64,000 nt of DNA from Gammaproteobacteria bacterium (GTDB lineage: Bacteria; Pseudomonadota; Gammaproteobacteria; JABABF01), in NCBI GenBank assembly GCA_965237805.1, contig OZ250153.1, positions 32,001 through 96,000 on the forward strand, in the 5' to 3' direction. The notes below the pieces were generated by a model. It was not told the DNA's origin. It searched no databases and saw only the letters and a program-made list of their open reading frames with translations. The translations under genes were made by a program, and so were the position numbers. This document shows positions 38,790 to 48,592 of this stretch, piece by piece (the stretch's first letter is position 1; every line of letters starts with the position of its first letter).

Positions 38790-39359
38790 TCAGAAAAATA
38801 ATCCGACAGTGGGGCCGGTGACCACATTCCAATCCAGTAGCACTTCACGCCGCAGCATGCGGTAGCTGTCGTCTGTCGCCAGCAGCTGGTCTTCGCGTCG
38901 CCCGGTGTAGACATCGCGCCGTCCATGGCGGCTGTAGTACAGCAACAGGTTGTTGCGGACCGTGAGTTGGTCGCCATCGATGGCGACCAATTCGACATTG
39001 CTGACAAAACGGCGGGTGAAAGGCGGTGGGTTATCGCTCCAAGAGATGCTTTTTTTTGCGCGGTCTGCGCGCATCAATAGCTGGAAGTTGTTTTCATCGC
39101 GCATCGGATTGTCGTGGGCACCGACACCGCTGGTCTCACGGGCAATGTTGTGTGCTTCATCGTCGCCCTCGCTACCGGTCTGCCGCTCGGCGGCAGGAAC
39201 AAAGCGGCTCAGCACCACATAGCGCACGCTTTGCTCCAGCAGGCCATGCCACTCCATGTAGCGGCGCTCGTCGAGCAACCGCGCCTCCCGGTAGTAAAAC
39301 TGCTGCAGGGTGCAGAGCAGGGCTGGATCAGCCAGCGGCGCGGTCTTGGTGGTGCTCAC
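38790..39359 (-). CDS. Aromatic ring-hydroxylating dioxygenase beta subunit
   Basis: QFYYREARLLDERRYMEW, WSDNPPPFTRRFVSNVE, YTGRRED. Confidence 0.9.
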   Translation of the reverse strand: MSTTKTAPLADPALLCTLQQFYYREARLLDERRYMEWHGLLEQSVRYVVLSRFVPAAERQTGSEGDDEAHNIARETSGVGAHDNPMRDENNFQLLMRADRAKKSISWSDNPPPFTRRFVSNVELVAIDGDQLTVRNNLLLYYSRHGRRDVYTGRREDQLLATDDSYRMLRREVLLDWNVVTGPTVGLFF

Positions 39360-40639
39360 TACGCCACGGCTTGGGTGCCTGCGAGATCGTCCCGCCAGCG
39401 CTGATAAAAACTGCGCGCATAGTGCTCGTTATAGCAGCTGCCGACGAGGCCTGGCAATTCGGGGTGCTCGCGTTCCTCGCCGCGACCCAAGCCGTAGTAG
39501 TACGGGCGGTCGCTCAGCGACACGATGCTACTGCCGACATGCTGTTGCATCCAAGCATCACTGTCTTCTTGCTCCAGCGCGCCGCCGGGGCCGAAAAAGA
39601 AGATGTACTGTTTGCGCAAGCTGTCGCGGACTTCATCCGGTGCATCGCGCGGCGCAACCCACCACGACCACACTTCCACCTCGCCGGGTCCGCGCGGATG
39701 GGAGACGCGCAAGGTGGCGTTGGAGCCGATGATCGACAAATTGGGGTAGACCCCGAGCGTCAACGGCTTGATGCGGGCGTGGCGAGGTGACAGGCGCTCG
39801 GCCAGCTGCTTTTGCACATCCAACAGATATTCCTGTAGCACCGGGTTCGGTTCGATGACACCCTCCAGCCCCCAAGAGCGCTGCTCGTCGGAACTGTCCT
39901 CCGGCATATAGCGCACAGCGGCACCGTGTCCGGGTGCCGCCACCGTCGTCAGGCCGTAGTCCTCAACTTCCTTGACGCCCTGAACACCGCCGATCAGGGC
40001 ACCGTGCAGAAAGGGGGCGTGGCCAGCATCGCCGAGCTGATTTTCCACCGGCAGTTTCCAGTTGCTGTGCAGGCACCATTTATGTGGCGGCCCGACCAGC
40101 TCGATGCCGCCGGGGAAGCGTTGTAAAAAGCATTCCAGATAGAACTTCATGTCGCCGAGATACTCGTCCAACGATGGAGCCTCGGGATCCATGTTGCCGA
40201 ATACCAGACCTTCGTATTGGTCGATGCGGGGCACTTTGTTCAAACCCAAGCCGCTGAGATCTGGCAGCCGCTCAAGCGCGCGTTCTTGCGGCACTTTGTT
40301 CAGTTGGCCGTCGACGCTGTAGACCCACCCGTGGTAGGGGCAGACAAAATACTTGGCATTGCCTTGATCGTTGCGGCACACTGGCAGGCCGCGGTGCGAG
40401 CAGCTGTTGATGTTGGCATGGATGGCACCGTCCTCACCGCGGGCGACGATGATTGGGGTTTCGCCCATGAAAGTGGTGAAATAATCGCCGGTCTCAGCCA
40501 CTTGGTCACGGTGGCACAAAAACAACCAGTTGCGGTTGAAAATACGCTGTTGTTCCAGCTCGTAGATCGACTGCTCGCTGAAGACGCGCCGACTGATGTG
40601 GCAGTAATCGTCACTGACCAGCTGCGATAAGCTCTGCAT
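39359..40639 (-). CDS. Rieske aromatic ring-hydroxylating dioxygenase alpha subunit
   Basis: Rieske CSHRG...CPYHGW; NWKLPVEN..GD.GH.PFLH iron ligands; EQEDSDAW. Confidence 0.92.
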   Translation of the reverse strand: MQSLSQLVSDDYCHISRRVFSEQSIYELEQQRIFNRNWLFLCHRDQVAETGDYFTTFMGETPIIVARGEDGAIHANINSCSHRGLPVCRNDQGNAKYFVCPYHGWVYSVDGQLNKVPQERALERLPDLSGLGLNKVPRIDQYEGLVFGNMDPEAPSLDEYLGDMKFYLECFLQRFPGGIELVGPPHKWCLHSNWKLPVENQLGDAGHAPFLHGALIGGVQGVKEVEDYGLTTVAAPGHGAAVRYMPEDSSDEQRSWGLEGVIEPNPVLQEYLLDVQKQLAERLSPRHARIKPLTLGVYPNLSIIGSNATLRVSHPRGPGEVEVWSWWVAPRDAPDEVRDSLRKQYIFFFGPGGALEQEDSDAWMQQHVGSSIVSLSDRPYYYGLGRGEEREHPELPGLVGSCYNEHYARSFYQRWRDDLAGTQAVA

Positions 40640-40695
40640 AGGCTAAATGTCCCCAGCAGGTAATTGGACTCAGCATAGCACAAAATCTGGGGGCT

Positions 40696-41523
40696 TTACC
40701 CCGCTCCGGCGGCAAAGGCGAAGAAGCGCTCGGCGGTCGCGCTCGTCTCCAGAGCAAGCTCTGCCTGCGGACGTCCGGCGGCAGTCGCCACGGCGCGCAG
40801 GATGTGGGGTAGGGCACAGGGCTCGTTGCGGGAGGATTGAGCGACCACGCCCGGCGGCAGGTCGCGCGGCAGCAGATAGGGGGCATCGGTCTCGATCATC
40901 AGCCGGTGGCGCGGGATCTCAGGCAGCAATGGGTGCAGGTGGGTGCCGCGCCGAGGATCACACAGCCAACCGGTCAGACCGATGTGCAGATCCAAATCTA
41001 AATAACCGAACAGGGCGTCGCGGTCACCGGTAAAGCAATGGATGACGGCGTTGCCCAACTGGTCGCGGTGGGCGCGCAGCAGCTCCAGCATCGGCTGTGC
41101 GGCATCGCGCTCGTGCAGAAACAGCGGCAGGCCGATGTCGGCAGCCAGCTCCAATTGCCGCTCCAAGGCAAAGCGCTGTTGTGCGGTCGATGCCAAATTG
41201 CGATTGAAATCTAAGCCGGCCTCGCCGATGGCCAAGACTTCGGGTGTTCGCGCCAAGCTGCGCAGCTGGTCGAGCAGATCGGCGCTACAGTCAGCGGCGT
41301 GGTGTGGGTGCAGGCCGGCAGTGGCGTAGAGCAAATCCGGCTCGGCGCGAGCCAGCATCAGCGCCTGCTCGCTACTGTCCGCGTCGGCACCGGTGACCAC
41401 GATGCGTGCGACCCCGTTGTCGCGGGCGCGTTGTAGCACTTGTGGCAGATCCCGCTCGAAGGCGGGGTGGCTGAGATTGGCGCCGATGTCGATCAACGAC
41501 GCGTGTGCTTCCATCTGTGCCAT
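40696..41523 (-). CDS. tatD: TatD-family nuclease
   Basis: LIDIGANL, TAGLHPH, IGEAGLDFNR, LFLHERDA, HCFTG, IETDAPYLLP, RNEP. Confidence 0.93.
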   Translation of the reverse strand: MAQMEAHASLIDIGANLSHPAFERDLPQVLQRARDNGVARIVVTGADADSSEQALMLARAEPDLLYATAGLHPHHAADCSADLLDQLRSLARTPEVLAIGEAGLDFNRNLASTAQQRFALERQLELAADIGLPLFLHERDAAQPMLELLRAHRDQLGNAVIHCFTGDRDALFGYLDLDLHIGLTGWLCDPRRGTHLHPLLPEIPRHRLMIETDAPYLLPRDLPPGVVAQSSRNEPCALPHILRAVATAAGRPQAELALETSATAERFFAFAAGAG

Positions 41524-41621
41524 GCCAGCCTCTGCGGGGGACACCCCAGCCGATGCCGTATTATCTTGTGCCATCCCACTCCACCGCAATATGCGCGAGC
41601 CTGCCAGTGTCGGATACCGCA

Positions 41622-42083
41622 TTGAAGACTCTACTGCTGTTACTGGCGCTCGGCCTGTTGACTGCCCCGCTGATGGCTGCTTGGCCTTCTGCTGCTGAGC
41701 GCCGCCGGGGTGCCTTGCGGCGTTGTGCGATGCGACTCGGCCTGCGGGTGCGCTTGGCCGACATGCAGCAGACTGGTGCCACCGCTGCCAGCTACGATCG
41801 GGATATCGCCTACTCGCTGGTCTTGCCGCCGCGGGCAGGCGCTGCGGAGCAGGGGCGGCGGCGCTGGTTGCGCACCGGTGATACTTGGCAGGTGCAGGGG
41901 GGGGGAGCTGTCGATCGCTCCTCAGCGCAGCGCTTGGAGCGAGTGTTGGATGCATTGCCGCAGAGCGTCCACGCGGTTGAATGCGGCGTTGGAAACATCG
42001 CGGCCTATTGGCATGAGGAGGGCACTGAGGCAGATGTCGCGCGCATCGCCGAGGCCTTGCGCACGGCTCGTGGCATTTCCTAG
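41622..42083 (+). CDS. Conserved hypothetical protein with N-terminal membrane anchor
   Basis: TTG start; LLLLLALGLLTAPL..WPS..ERRRGALRRCAMRLGL pattern resembles small gammaproteobacterial membrane proteins; fills the gap before topA. Confidence 0.6.
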   Translation: MKTLLLLLALGLLTAPLMAAWPSAAERRRGALRRCAMRLGLRVRLADMQQTGATAASYDRDIAYSLVLPPRAGAAEQGRRRWLRTGDTWQVQGGGAVDRSSAQRLERVLDALPQSVHAVECGVGNIAAYWHEEGTEADVARIAEALRTARGIS

Positions 42084-42144
42084 CCACCTGACCTTTGATG
42101 CAATATAGTCAATCTCAATCTTGTCGTTGGAGCACAACATCACG

Positions 42145-44937
42145 ATGAAAAAAGCCTTAGTGATTGTCGAATCCCCGGCCAAAGCTCGTTCCATCAGCCG
42201 TTATCTGGGTGACAACTATGTCGTCAGTTCCAGTGCCGGACATGTGCGCGATCTGCCGACTAGTAGCACGAAGGTGGCTGCTGGCAAGCGTGCTAAGGCC
42301 GGGGTCAAGAAGAAAGCGACCAGCACCCGCGATGCCGCGATGGAGCGCTTGGTGCGGCGCATGGGAATCGATCCAGACAAGGGTTGGAAGGCGCATTACG
42401 AAATCATTCCCGGCAAGGAAAAAATTGTCGCGCAGCTGCGCCGTTTGGCGGCCGATGCGGAGACGATTTACTTGGCGACTGACCGGGATCGAGAAGGAGA
42501 AGCCATCGCTTGGCATTTGCAGGAGTTGGTGCAGCGTTCCGATGAACAGCCCGGCAACAGTTCCGATAAACGCTATCTACGCGTGGTGTTTAACGAGATC
42601 ACGCAGCGGGCGGTACGCGCTGCTTTTGACGAACCCCAACAGCTCAATATGGATCGTGTGCAGGCGCAACAGGCGCGACGCTTTCTAGATCGCATTGTCG
42701 GCTTCATGATCTCGCCATTGTTGTGGCGCAAGGTCGCGCGCGGCTTGTCGGCCGGTCGCGTGCAATCGGTGGCGGTGCGTCTGCTGGTCGAGCGCGAGCG
42801 GGCGATTCGTGCTTTCTTGCCCGAGGAATTCTGGGAGCTCAGGGCGGATTGCGCCACTGACTCGGAGCAGGCGATCTGCTTGGCCGTGCGAGTGGCGGAC
42901 GGCACCAAATTCCGTCCATCCAGCGAGTCTGAAGTGTCGGCGGTGATGGCGGACTTGCAGCATAGCCAGCTCCGAGTGAGCGAATACAGTGGCAAATTGG
43001 TGCGCCAACGGCCCGGGCCGCCACTGATCACTTCGACATTGCAGCAAGCTGCCAGTAACCGGCTCGGCTTTGGTGTGCGCAAAACAATGACTGTGGCGCA
43101 ACGGCTCTATGAGGCGGGCTATATCACCTATATGCGTACCGACTCGACGCGGCTCAGCAACGATGCCATTGGCGACTGCCGAGAATACATCGCCGGGCGT
43201 TGGGGGGATCGCTATCTGCCGGACAAGCCACGTCGCTATGCCAGTGCCAAGAACGCGCAGGAAGCGCATGAGGCGATCCGCCCGACCGAGGTGTCACGCG
43301 AGGCGAGTGCACTGTCCGGCATGGATGCCGCTGCCTGCAAGCTCTATACATTGATTCGCGGCAGTTTTCTGGCTTGTCAAATGGTGCCGGCGGAATATCT
43401 GGCGACCACGGTGCGGGTGCTGGCCCAAGTATCGGAGTCACAGCGGCGGGTGGCCGCAGAGTACGAGCTCGGGGCCAGTGGTCGCACGCTGCGTTTTGAA
43501 GGTTTTCTGTGCGCCCTGCCCGCCGCGACCCAACAGCGCGATGCCGAGCCTGAGTTGCCAAGCTTGGTCGAGGGAGAAGTGCTGCGCTTGGTCGAGCTGT
43601 TACCAAGTCAACACTTCACGCGACCACCGCCGCGTTTTACCGAGGCCAGTTTGGTCAAAGAGCTCGAGCAGCTCGGTATCGGTCGTCCTTCGACCTATGC
43701 GAGCACGATTTCCACAATCCAAGAGCGCGGTTATGTGGTGCTCAAGGCGCGGCGCTTCCACGCCGAAAAAATTGCTGATATCGTCACGGATCGCCTGCTG
43801 GAATGCTTTGAAAATCTGATGGATTACGATTTTACCGCGACCATGGAGCGCGAATTGGATCGCGTGGCTGAGGGCGAGTTGTCATGGAGCAAACTGCTCG
43901 ATAATTTTTATACGGACTTCAAGCAAAAACTGGAGCTCGCTGAGCAAAGTGACGGCGGAATGCGCGCCAACGTGCCGACCACCACTGAATTGCTATGCCC
44001 GGACTGTGAGCGCAATATGCAGGTGCGCACCGCTTCCACTGGTATTTTCCTCGGTTGCTCCGGCTATGGTTTGCCCGAGGCAGAGCGTTGTCGAAAAACG
44101 ATCGATTTGCTGAGCGAGGATGATCTCGTCGCAGAACTCGCCGCAGTGGAAAAAGTGAGCAAAGCAACTGCGGGTGCAGATCTGGCAGAGCGATCAGCTC
44201 AGGTCAATAAAACCGAAGAGGACGACGAGACGCGTGAGGCGCGTCATCTGCGCGAGCGGCCACGTTGCCCGCGGTGTGACACAGCCACCGAGTGCTATGC
44301 CGTCGACGACACACGACGCCTGCTGCTCTGTGGTAATTATCCTGACTGTAGCGGTTCCATCGTCGAGCGAGGAGAGTTTCCTTTCCCCGGAACGATTGGC
44401 CCCACCCTGCTCTGCGATCGTTGTGGTGCCGATATGCATTTGCGCAACGGTCGCTTTGGACGTTTTTTCAGCTGCTCGATCGAGGACTGTAAGAACACCA
44501 GGAAAATCCTCAAAAACGGGGAGCCAGCACCGCCGAAAATGATTCCGGTGCCGATGCCTGAGCTGCGTTGTGATCAGGTGGATGACCACTTCGTGTTGCG
44601 CGATGGTGCGGCGGGGCTGTTTCTCGCCGCGAGCCGTTTCCCGAAAAATCGTGAGACGCGTGCGCCGTTTCTCGAAGAGTTGCTCGTGCATCGGGATGCG
44701 GTGGATCCCAAATATGCTTTTTTGTTTGAGGCTCCGGTCAATGACAGCGCCGGACAACCTTTTGCTGTGCGTTTTAGCCGCAAAGACAATGCCCAGTATC
44801 TGAGTAGCGATGGTGCCCGCGGGCGTTTTAAAGCGACCTATAGCGATGGTCGTTGGAGTGAACAAAAAGACAGTTCGCCGCGCCGTCCCAAGCGACGCGC
44901 TGCGACTGGCAAACGCGTCTCGCGCAGCGTCAGCTGA
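42145..44937 (+). CDS. topA: DNA topoisomerase I
   Basis: LVIVESPAKA, ATDRDREGEAIAW, SAGRVQS, ITYMRTDS, QEAHEAIRPT, GIGRPSTY, C-terminal zinc ribbons. Confidence 0.98.
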   Translation: MKKALVIVESPAKARSISRYLGDNYVVSSSAGHVRDLPTSSTKVAAGKRAKAGVKKKATSTRDAAMERLVRRMGIDPDKGWKAHYEIIPGKEKIVAQLRRLAADAETIYLATDRDREGEAIAWHLQELVQRSDEQPGNSSDKRYLRVVFNEITQRAVRAAFDEPQQLNMDRVQAQQARRFLDRIVGFMISPLLWRKVARGLSAGRVQSVAVRLLVERERAIRAFLPEEFWELRADCATDSEQAICLAVRVADGTKFRPSSESEVSAVMADLQHSQLRVSEYSGKLVRQRPGPPLITSTLQQAASNRLGFGVRKTMTVAQRLYEAGYITYMRTDSTRLSNDAIGDCREYIAGRWGDRYLPDKPRRYASAKNAQEAHEAIRPTEVSREASALSGMDAAACKLYTLIRGSFLACQMVPAEYLATTVRVLAQVSESQRRVAAEYELGASGRTLRFEGFLCALPAATQQRDAEPELPSLVEGEVLRLVELLPSQHFTRPPPRFTEASLVKELEQLGIGRPSTYASTISTIQERGYVVLKARRFHAEKIADIVTDRLLECFENLMDYDFTATMERELDRVAEGELSWSKLLDNFYTDFKQKLELAEQSDGGMRANVPTTTELLCPDCERNMQVRTASTGIFLGCSGYGLPEAERCRKTIDLLSEDDLVAELAAVEKVSKATAGADLAERSAQVNKTEEDDETREARHLRERPRCPRCDTATECYAVDDTRRLLLCGNYPDCSGSIVERGEFPFPGTIGPTLLCDRCGADMHLRNGRFGRFFSCSIEDCKNTRKILKNGEPAPPKMIPVPMPELRCDQVDDHFVLRDGAAGLFLAASRFPKNRETRAPFLEELLVHRDAVDPKYAFLFEAPVNDSAGQPFAVRFSRKDNAQYLSSDGARGRFKATYSDGRWSEQKDSSPRRPKRRAATGKRVSRSVS

Positions 44938-44948
44938 TGCGGTGACCG

Positions 44949-45356
44949 ATGTCAAACACGCCTCAAGTCGCAGACGCCCGCTTGGGCAGTGCTCGGTTGC
45001 TGTTGGAGTTGGCGCAAGAAATAGGCGATGGTAGCGGGGCATTGCGCGAGTCTGCCACCTTGCAACTGGGATTGGCCTATCGCTTGCTATTGGTGGAATT
45101 GGCACCGGCGGGTGTGGGCGTGGATAGGCCTTTTTTCAATGCGACCGAATTGCGGGCCACGATGCCGTCCGAGTCGTTGATTCCATTGCGCTTAGAGCGC
45201 TTGGAACGCAGTGGTTGGTTGGAGGAATTATTGTGCGAGGAGCGTGCACTCAGCGATGCGAGCGAGTTGCCGCCACCCTTGGTACGTTGCCATCTGTGGC
45301 ACAGCGAGTTAGCGCAGCTGCTGAGCGCGTTGCGGGCTGAGTGCGCGGAATATTGA
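44949..45356 (+). CDS. Hypothetical protein (DUF6586-like, topA-associated)
   Basis: ARLGSARLLL...RESATLQLGLAYRLLLVELA...GWLEELL...ECAEY pattern and position. Confidence 0.55.
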   Translation: MSNTPQVADARLGSARLLLELAQEIGDGSGALRESATLQLGLAYRLLLVELAPAGVGVDRPFFNATELRATMPSESLIPLRLERLERSGWLEELLCEERALSDASELPPPLVRCHLWHSELAQLLSALRAECAEY

Positions 45357-45435
45357 TCGCCGAAGCTCACAATAGTGCTATACTGCTATTCATTCGTGCT
45401 ACGTTCTTCTTTTAATCCCAAAAGGAGCTATCGCC

Positions 45436-45789
45436 ATGCAGATGTATTCTGAATTGGAACTGGTCGAGCTGGATGACGGCGAGATCGTCCTGCGCCAAGC
45501 ACATCGCCGAGTCGGCGATGCCAAGTTAGTGCGCGGCGCAGACGCGGACACGGACACTGTGTCGACAGATACGACTGCCGAGGCACCGATGTTGCGTCTG
45601 CGTTTTTCCGATGAATCGATGGCACAGCTGCACGGCTTGCAGCTGGATATCGCCCACCATATGGTGATGGCTGGCATTCAGCGCTACAACCAGCTCATGG
45701 CCGATTCCATGCAAGCTCTGGATGTGTCTAAATCGGAAGCGGATATGGAACTGCCAGCCGCCAGTGTGCCGCGCCGTTTATTGCACTGA
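45436..45789 (+). CDS. Conserved hypothetical protein
   Basis: AGGAG RBS; LELVELDDGEIVLR...LRFSDE...IAHHMVMAG pattern. Confidence 0.7.
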   Translation: MQMYSELELVELDDGEIVLRQAHRRVGDAKLVRGADADTDTVSTDTTAEAPMLRLRFSDESMAQLHGLQLDIAHHMVMAGIQRYNQLMADSMQALDVSKSEADMELPAASVPRRLLH

Positions 45790-45880
45790 CAGTCCTTGAC
45801 TCCCGTGATGGGATAGGTCGCGGTGCCGACCGGTTGATGTGGCTTGAGTCAATATCTTAGGAGCTCGCCACAGCTGGCGC

Positions 45881-46900
45881 TTAGGGCTCGCTGGATTCGT
45901 TCTCTAGCGGGGAGACTTTGATCAGCAGACCAAAGGCTGGATGATCGAGAAAATGCAGGCTGTTGGGCTGCATTTTGCGATGTTGGCGCATGCGCACTAG
46001 GGGACGTGCCGACACGGCGGTCGCCTGTATCTGTCGCAACACATTGGACAAGCCGTCCTCAGCTGGATCGTTGCCGTCGCCCGGTTGTCCGGCAATGATT
46101 GGGTCGCGGCTGAGGGCGGCAGGCAACACTGGTAAGAGCGAGAGGACCCGCGCCTTTTTGCCGTGGCCGCGCCGTAGGCGTCGCTCGTCCTCCAGCCATA
46201 GGTCCGCATCCAAGTGCAGGTGGCGGCTGATACTGAGCTGGAGGTGACCGGACAACTCACCACGCGGCCCGAGATCCGGACGCCCCCCTTCGATCAGCAC
46301 CGACTGTGCTTCCTGCCGGCTGTGGATCGGTTGCACCCACGCTTCGTGAAACAGGACGCGATAGCCGTTGTGGTCTTGCCGTAAATTGCGGTCGGCGACG
46401 CTCAGCTGCCATTGGTCGACCGGTAGCAGTTGGTAGGCGGTAGGCAGCCCGTCTGCCGCTGCGGGTGGCCGGGCCTTGCTCTGGCTCGTGCGGTTTGCCG
46501 TCTCGGGGACTGCGGCCGCAATGCCATCGACCGCTGGCACCGCCGGTGTCTCCCACCACTGGGGAGCGGGCGTGGTGCTGTCGTCGACAATAGGAGCATT
46601 GTCCAGCTCCCAGACATCGGCCAAGTTGGCGGGGGCATCGCCGCCGCTGTAGGAGGCGATGTCCTCCTCCGGCGATGTCAGGCGCACGAGTCGCGATGGA
46701 TAGCTCAATTCCTGAGTGTAGAACAGCTCGTCGTTGGCGGCTTCTGGCTCCAGCCTCTCATTGGCAAAAACCAGCAGTTCCACATGGTACCATTCCGGTA
46801 CCGCCGCGCCATCCTGAGCTTGCACTGTGGTGGTGATGGCCAGCGACACCACCAGCGAGGCAGTGAGCGGCAGCTGGCGGCATAGGGCGAGCAAAGGCAT
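45881..46900 (-). CDS. csiV: Peptidoglycan-binding protein CsiV-like
   Basis: Signal peptide; WYHVELLVF, YRVLFHEAWVQP, LSISRHLHLDADLW, LHFLDHPAFGLL. Confidence 0.8.
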   Translation of the reverse strand: MPLLALCRQLPLTASLVVSLAITTTVQAQDGAAVPEWYHVELLVFANERLEPEAANDELFYTQELSYPSRLVRLTSPEEDIASYSGGDAPANLADVWELDNAPIVDDSTTPAPQWWETPAVPAVDGIAAAVPETANRTSQSKARPPAAADGLPTAYQLLPVDQWQLSVADRNLRQDHNGYRVLFHEAWVQPIHSRQEAQSVLIEGGRPDLGPRGELSGHLQLSISRHLHLDADLWLEDERRLRRGHGKKARVLSLLPVLPAALSRDPIIAGQPGDGNDPAEDGLSNVLRQIQATAVSARPLVRMRQHRKMQPNSLHFLDHPAFGLLIKVSPLENESSEP

Positions 46901-46952
46901 GGTATCGTGTGATGTCTGCCAGTCTGTTCGATCGACCAGCTGGATGTCGTCA

Positions 46953-46981
46953 TTGTAGCCAACATGTGATGCCTCTAGAAT
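46953..46981 (+). promoter_or_regulatory. Sigma70 promoter (TTGTAG-17-TAGAAT) 6 nt before exeA ATG
   Basis: Hexamers at 46953-46958 and 46976-46981; ATG at 46988; no SD. Confidence 0.45.
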
Positions 46982-46987
46982 AGAACG

Positions 46988-48589
46988 ATGTACCGCGACT
47001 ACTTTGGTCTCAGTGGCGTGCCGTTCTCGATTGCACCGGATCCGCGCTATCTGTACATGAGTTCCGGCCATCGGGAAGCCTTGGCGCATTTGTTGTACGG
47101 GACGCAGGGCGGTGGTTTCGTCATGCTCAGCGGCGCAGTGGGGACGGGGAAGACCACAGTTTGCCGTTGCTTTCTCGAGCAGTTGCCAGAGCATTGCGAT
47201 GTCGCGCTGATCCTCAATCCGCTCCTGACCGCAGTCGAATTGCTCGCCGCCGTGCGCGATGAGCTCGGTGCCGGGAGGGTAGCTGAGGAGAACAGCCCAC
47301 GCTTGCTGGTCGACAGCATCAACCAACATCTGTTGAGAGCCCACGCCCGCGGTCGCACCACCTTGCTACTGATCGACGAGGCTCAGAACTTGCGGCTCGA
47401 TGTGCTGGAGCAATTGCGCTTGTTGACCAATCTTGAGACCAACGAAAAAAAATTGCTGCAGATATTGCTGGTTGGACAACCCGAGCTGCAGACCATGCTG
47501 TCCGGACCAGCGATGCGTCAAGTGGCTCAGCGCATCACCGCCCGCTACCACCTGTGCGCACTGCCAGCGAGAGAAGTGGGTCACTATGTCAGCCATCGCC
47601 TGCAGGTTGCCGGTTGCCACCGTCCATTGTTCAGCGCCGCTGCGCTGCGTCGGCTGGCTCGGCTCAGTGGCGGTGTGCCACGCCTGATCAATGTGATCTG
47701 TGACCGCGCCTTGCTGGCCGCCTATTCGGAACGTGTGGACCACGTCAATGAGCCGTTGCTGCGCCGCGCTGCAACGGAAGTGTTGCCGCCGAGCCCACTG
47801 TCGGCATTGCGGTGGCCGCGCTGGGGCGCGGTGGCGACCCTCATTGCCTGCGCCATCAGTTTGGCTTGGTTTGCTGGGCAGAGAATCGATGGTGGGCAAC
47901 TGGTGGCGACGCCGGACAGTGTGCCGATCCCGCCCCTCGCCGTCACTGAATTGGTCACGGCATCGGCGGCAGCGGTGGAGGCCAGCCGCAGCACAGCTTA
48001 CAGCCAGCTATTCGCTTTGTGGGGGCTAGACTATCAAGAGCAGCGCGACGGTGCGCCATGTGATTACGCGCGGCATCATGCGTTGCGTTGCCTCTCGGGT
48101 GTTGGCGGCTTCGACGAGTTGCGCCACGCTGACCGGCCAGCCGTGTTGCGTTCCTTCTCATGGCAGGGGCAGGGTGGGCTCTACGCACTGTGGGAGGGGC
48201 TGGACGAGCACGGGGTCTCGCTACAGGTGGGTAATCGCTCATGGCGGCTCGACATGGAGCGGGCCAAGCGCGTGTTGCGCCGCGATTGGGGCGGGGAGTA
48301 CAGTTTGCTCTGGCGACCGCCGGAGGTTTACCGTGGCACTCTGAACCACGGTGGCGAGGGGCCACTGGTGACTTGGCTCGCACACCAGCGCGCACTACTT
48401 GAAGGCGGTGCCAGCGTGATGCCAGAACGCCTCGAGGGTGAATTGCTGGTATGGGCGCGCCAATTGCAGTCGCAAATTGGCCATGGAGATGACCACGCTA
48501 TCGGTCCTGAAGTGTTGATTCATCTCAACAATATGATCGGAACTGAAGCGCCGAGACTGCGGGAGTGGTCACCAGTGGCGGCACCGTAG
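46988..48589 (+). CDS. exeA: ExeA/GspA-family AAA ATPase
   Basis: MYRDYFGL..PFSIAPDPRYLYMS..HREALAHL, GAVGTGKTT, IDEAQNL, LETNEKKLLQILLVGQPEL, GVPRLINVICDRALL; TM and degenerate PG-binding C-terminus. Confidence 0.92.
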   Translation: MYRDYFGLSGVPFSIAPDPRYLYMSSGHREALAHLLYGTQGGGFVMLSGAVGTGKTTVCRCFLEQLPEHCDVALILNPLLTAVELLAAVRDELGAGRVAEENSPRLLVDSINQHLLRAHARGRTTLLLIDEAQNLRLDVLEQLRLLTNLETNEKKLLQILLVGQPELQTMLSGPAMRQVAQRITARYHLCALPAREVGHYVSHRLQVAGCHRPLFSAAALRRLARLSGGVPRLINVICDRALLAAYSERVDHVNEPLLRRAATEVLPPSPLSALRWPRWGAVATLIACAISLAWFAGQRIDGGQLVATPDSVPIPPLAVTELVTASAAAVEASRSTAYSQLFALWGLDYQEQRDGAPCDYARHHALRCLSGVGGFDELRHADRPAVLRSFSWQGQGGLYALWEGLDEHGVSLQVGNRSWRLDMERAKRVLRRDWGGEYSLLWRPPEVYRGTLNHGGEGPLVTWLAHQRALLEGGASVMPERLEGELLVWARQLQSQIGHGDDHAIGPEVLIHLNNMIGTEAPRLREWSPVAAP

Positions 48590-48592
48590 TCG

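Noticed and set aside
41524-42087. Long N-terminal extension of tatD (463-aa ORF); likewise those of csiV, gap, mltG and GH84
   Set aside because: They overlap neighbouring genes and lack family similarity; downstream starts match family N-termini
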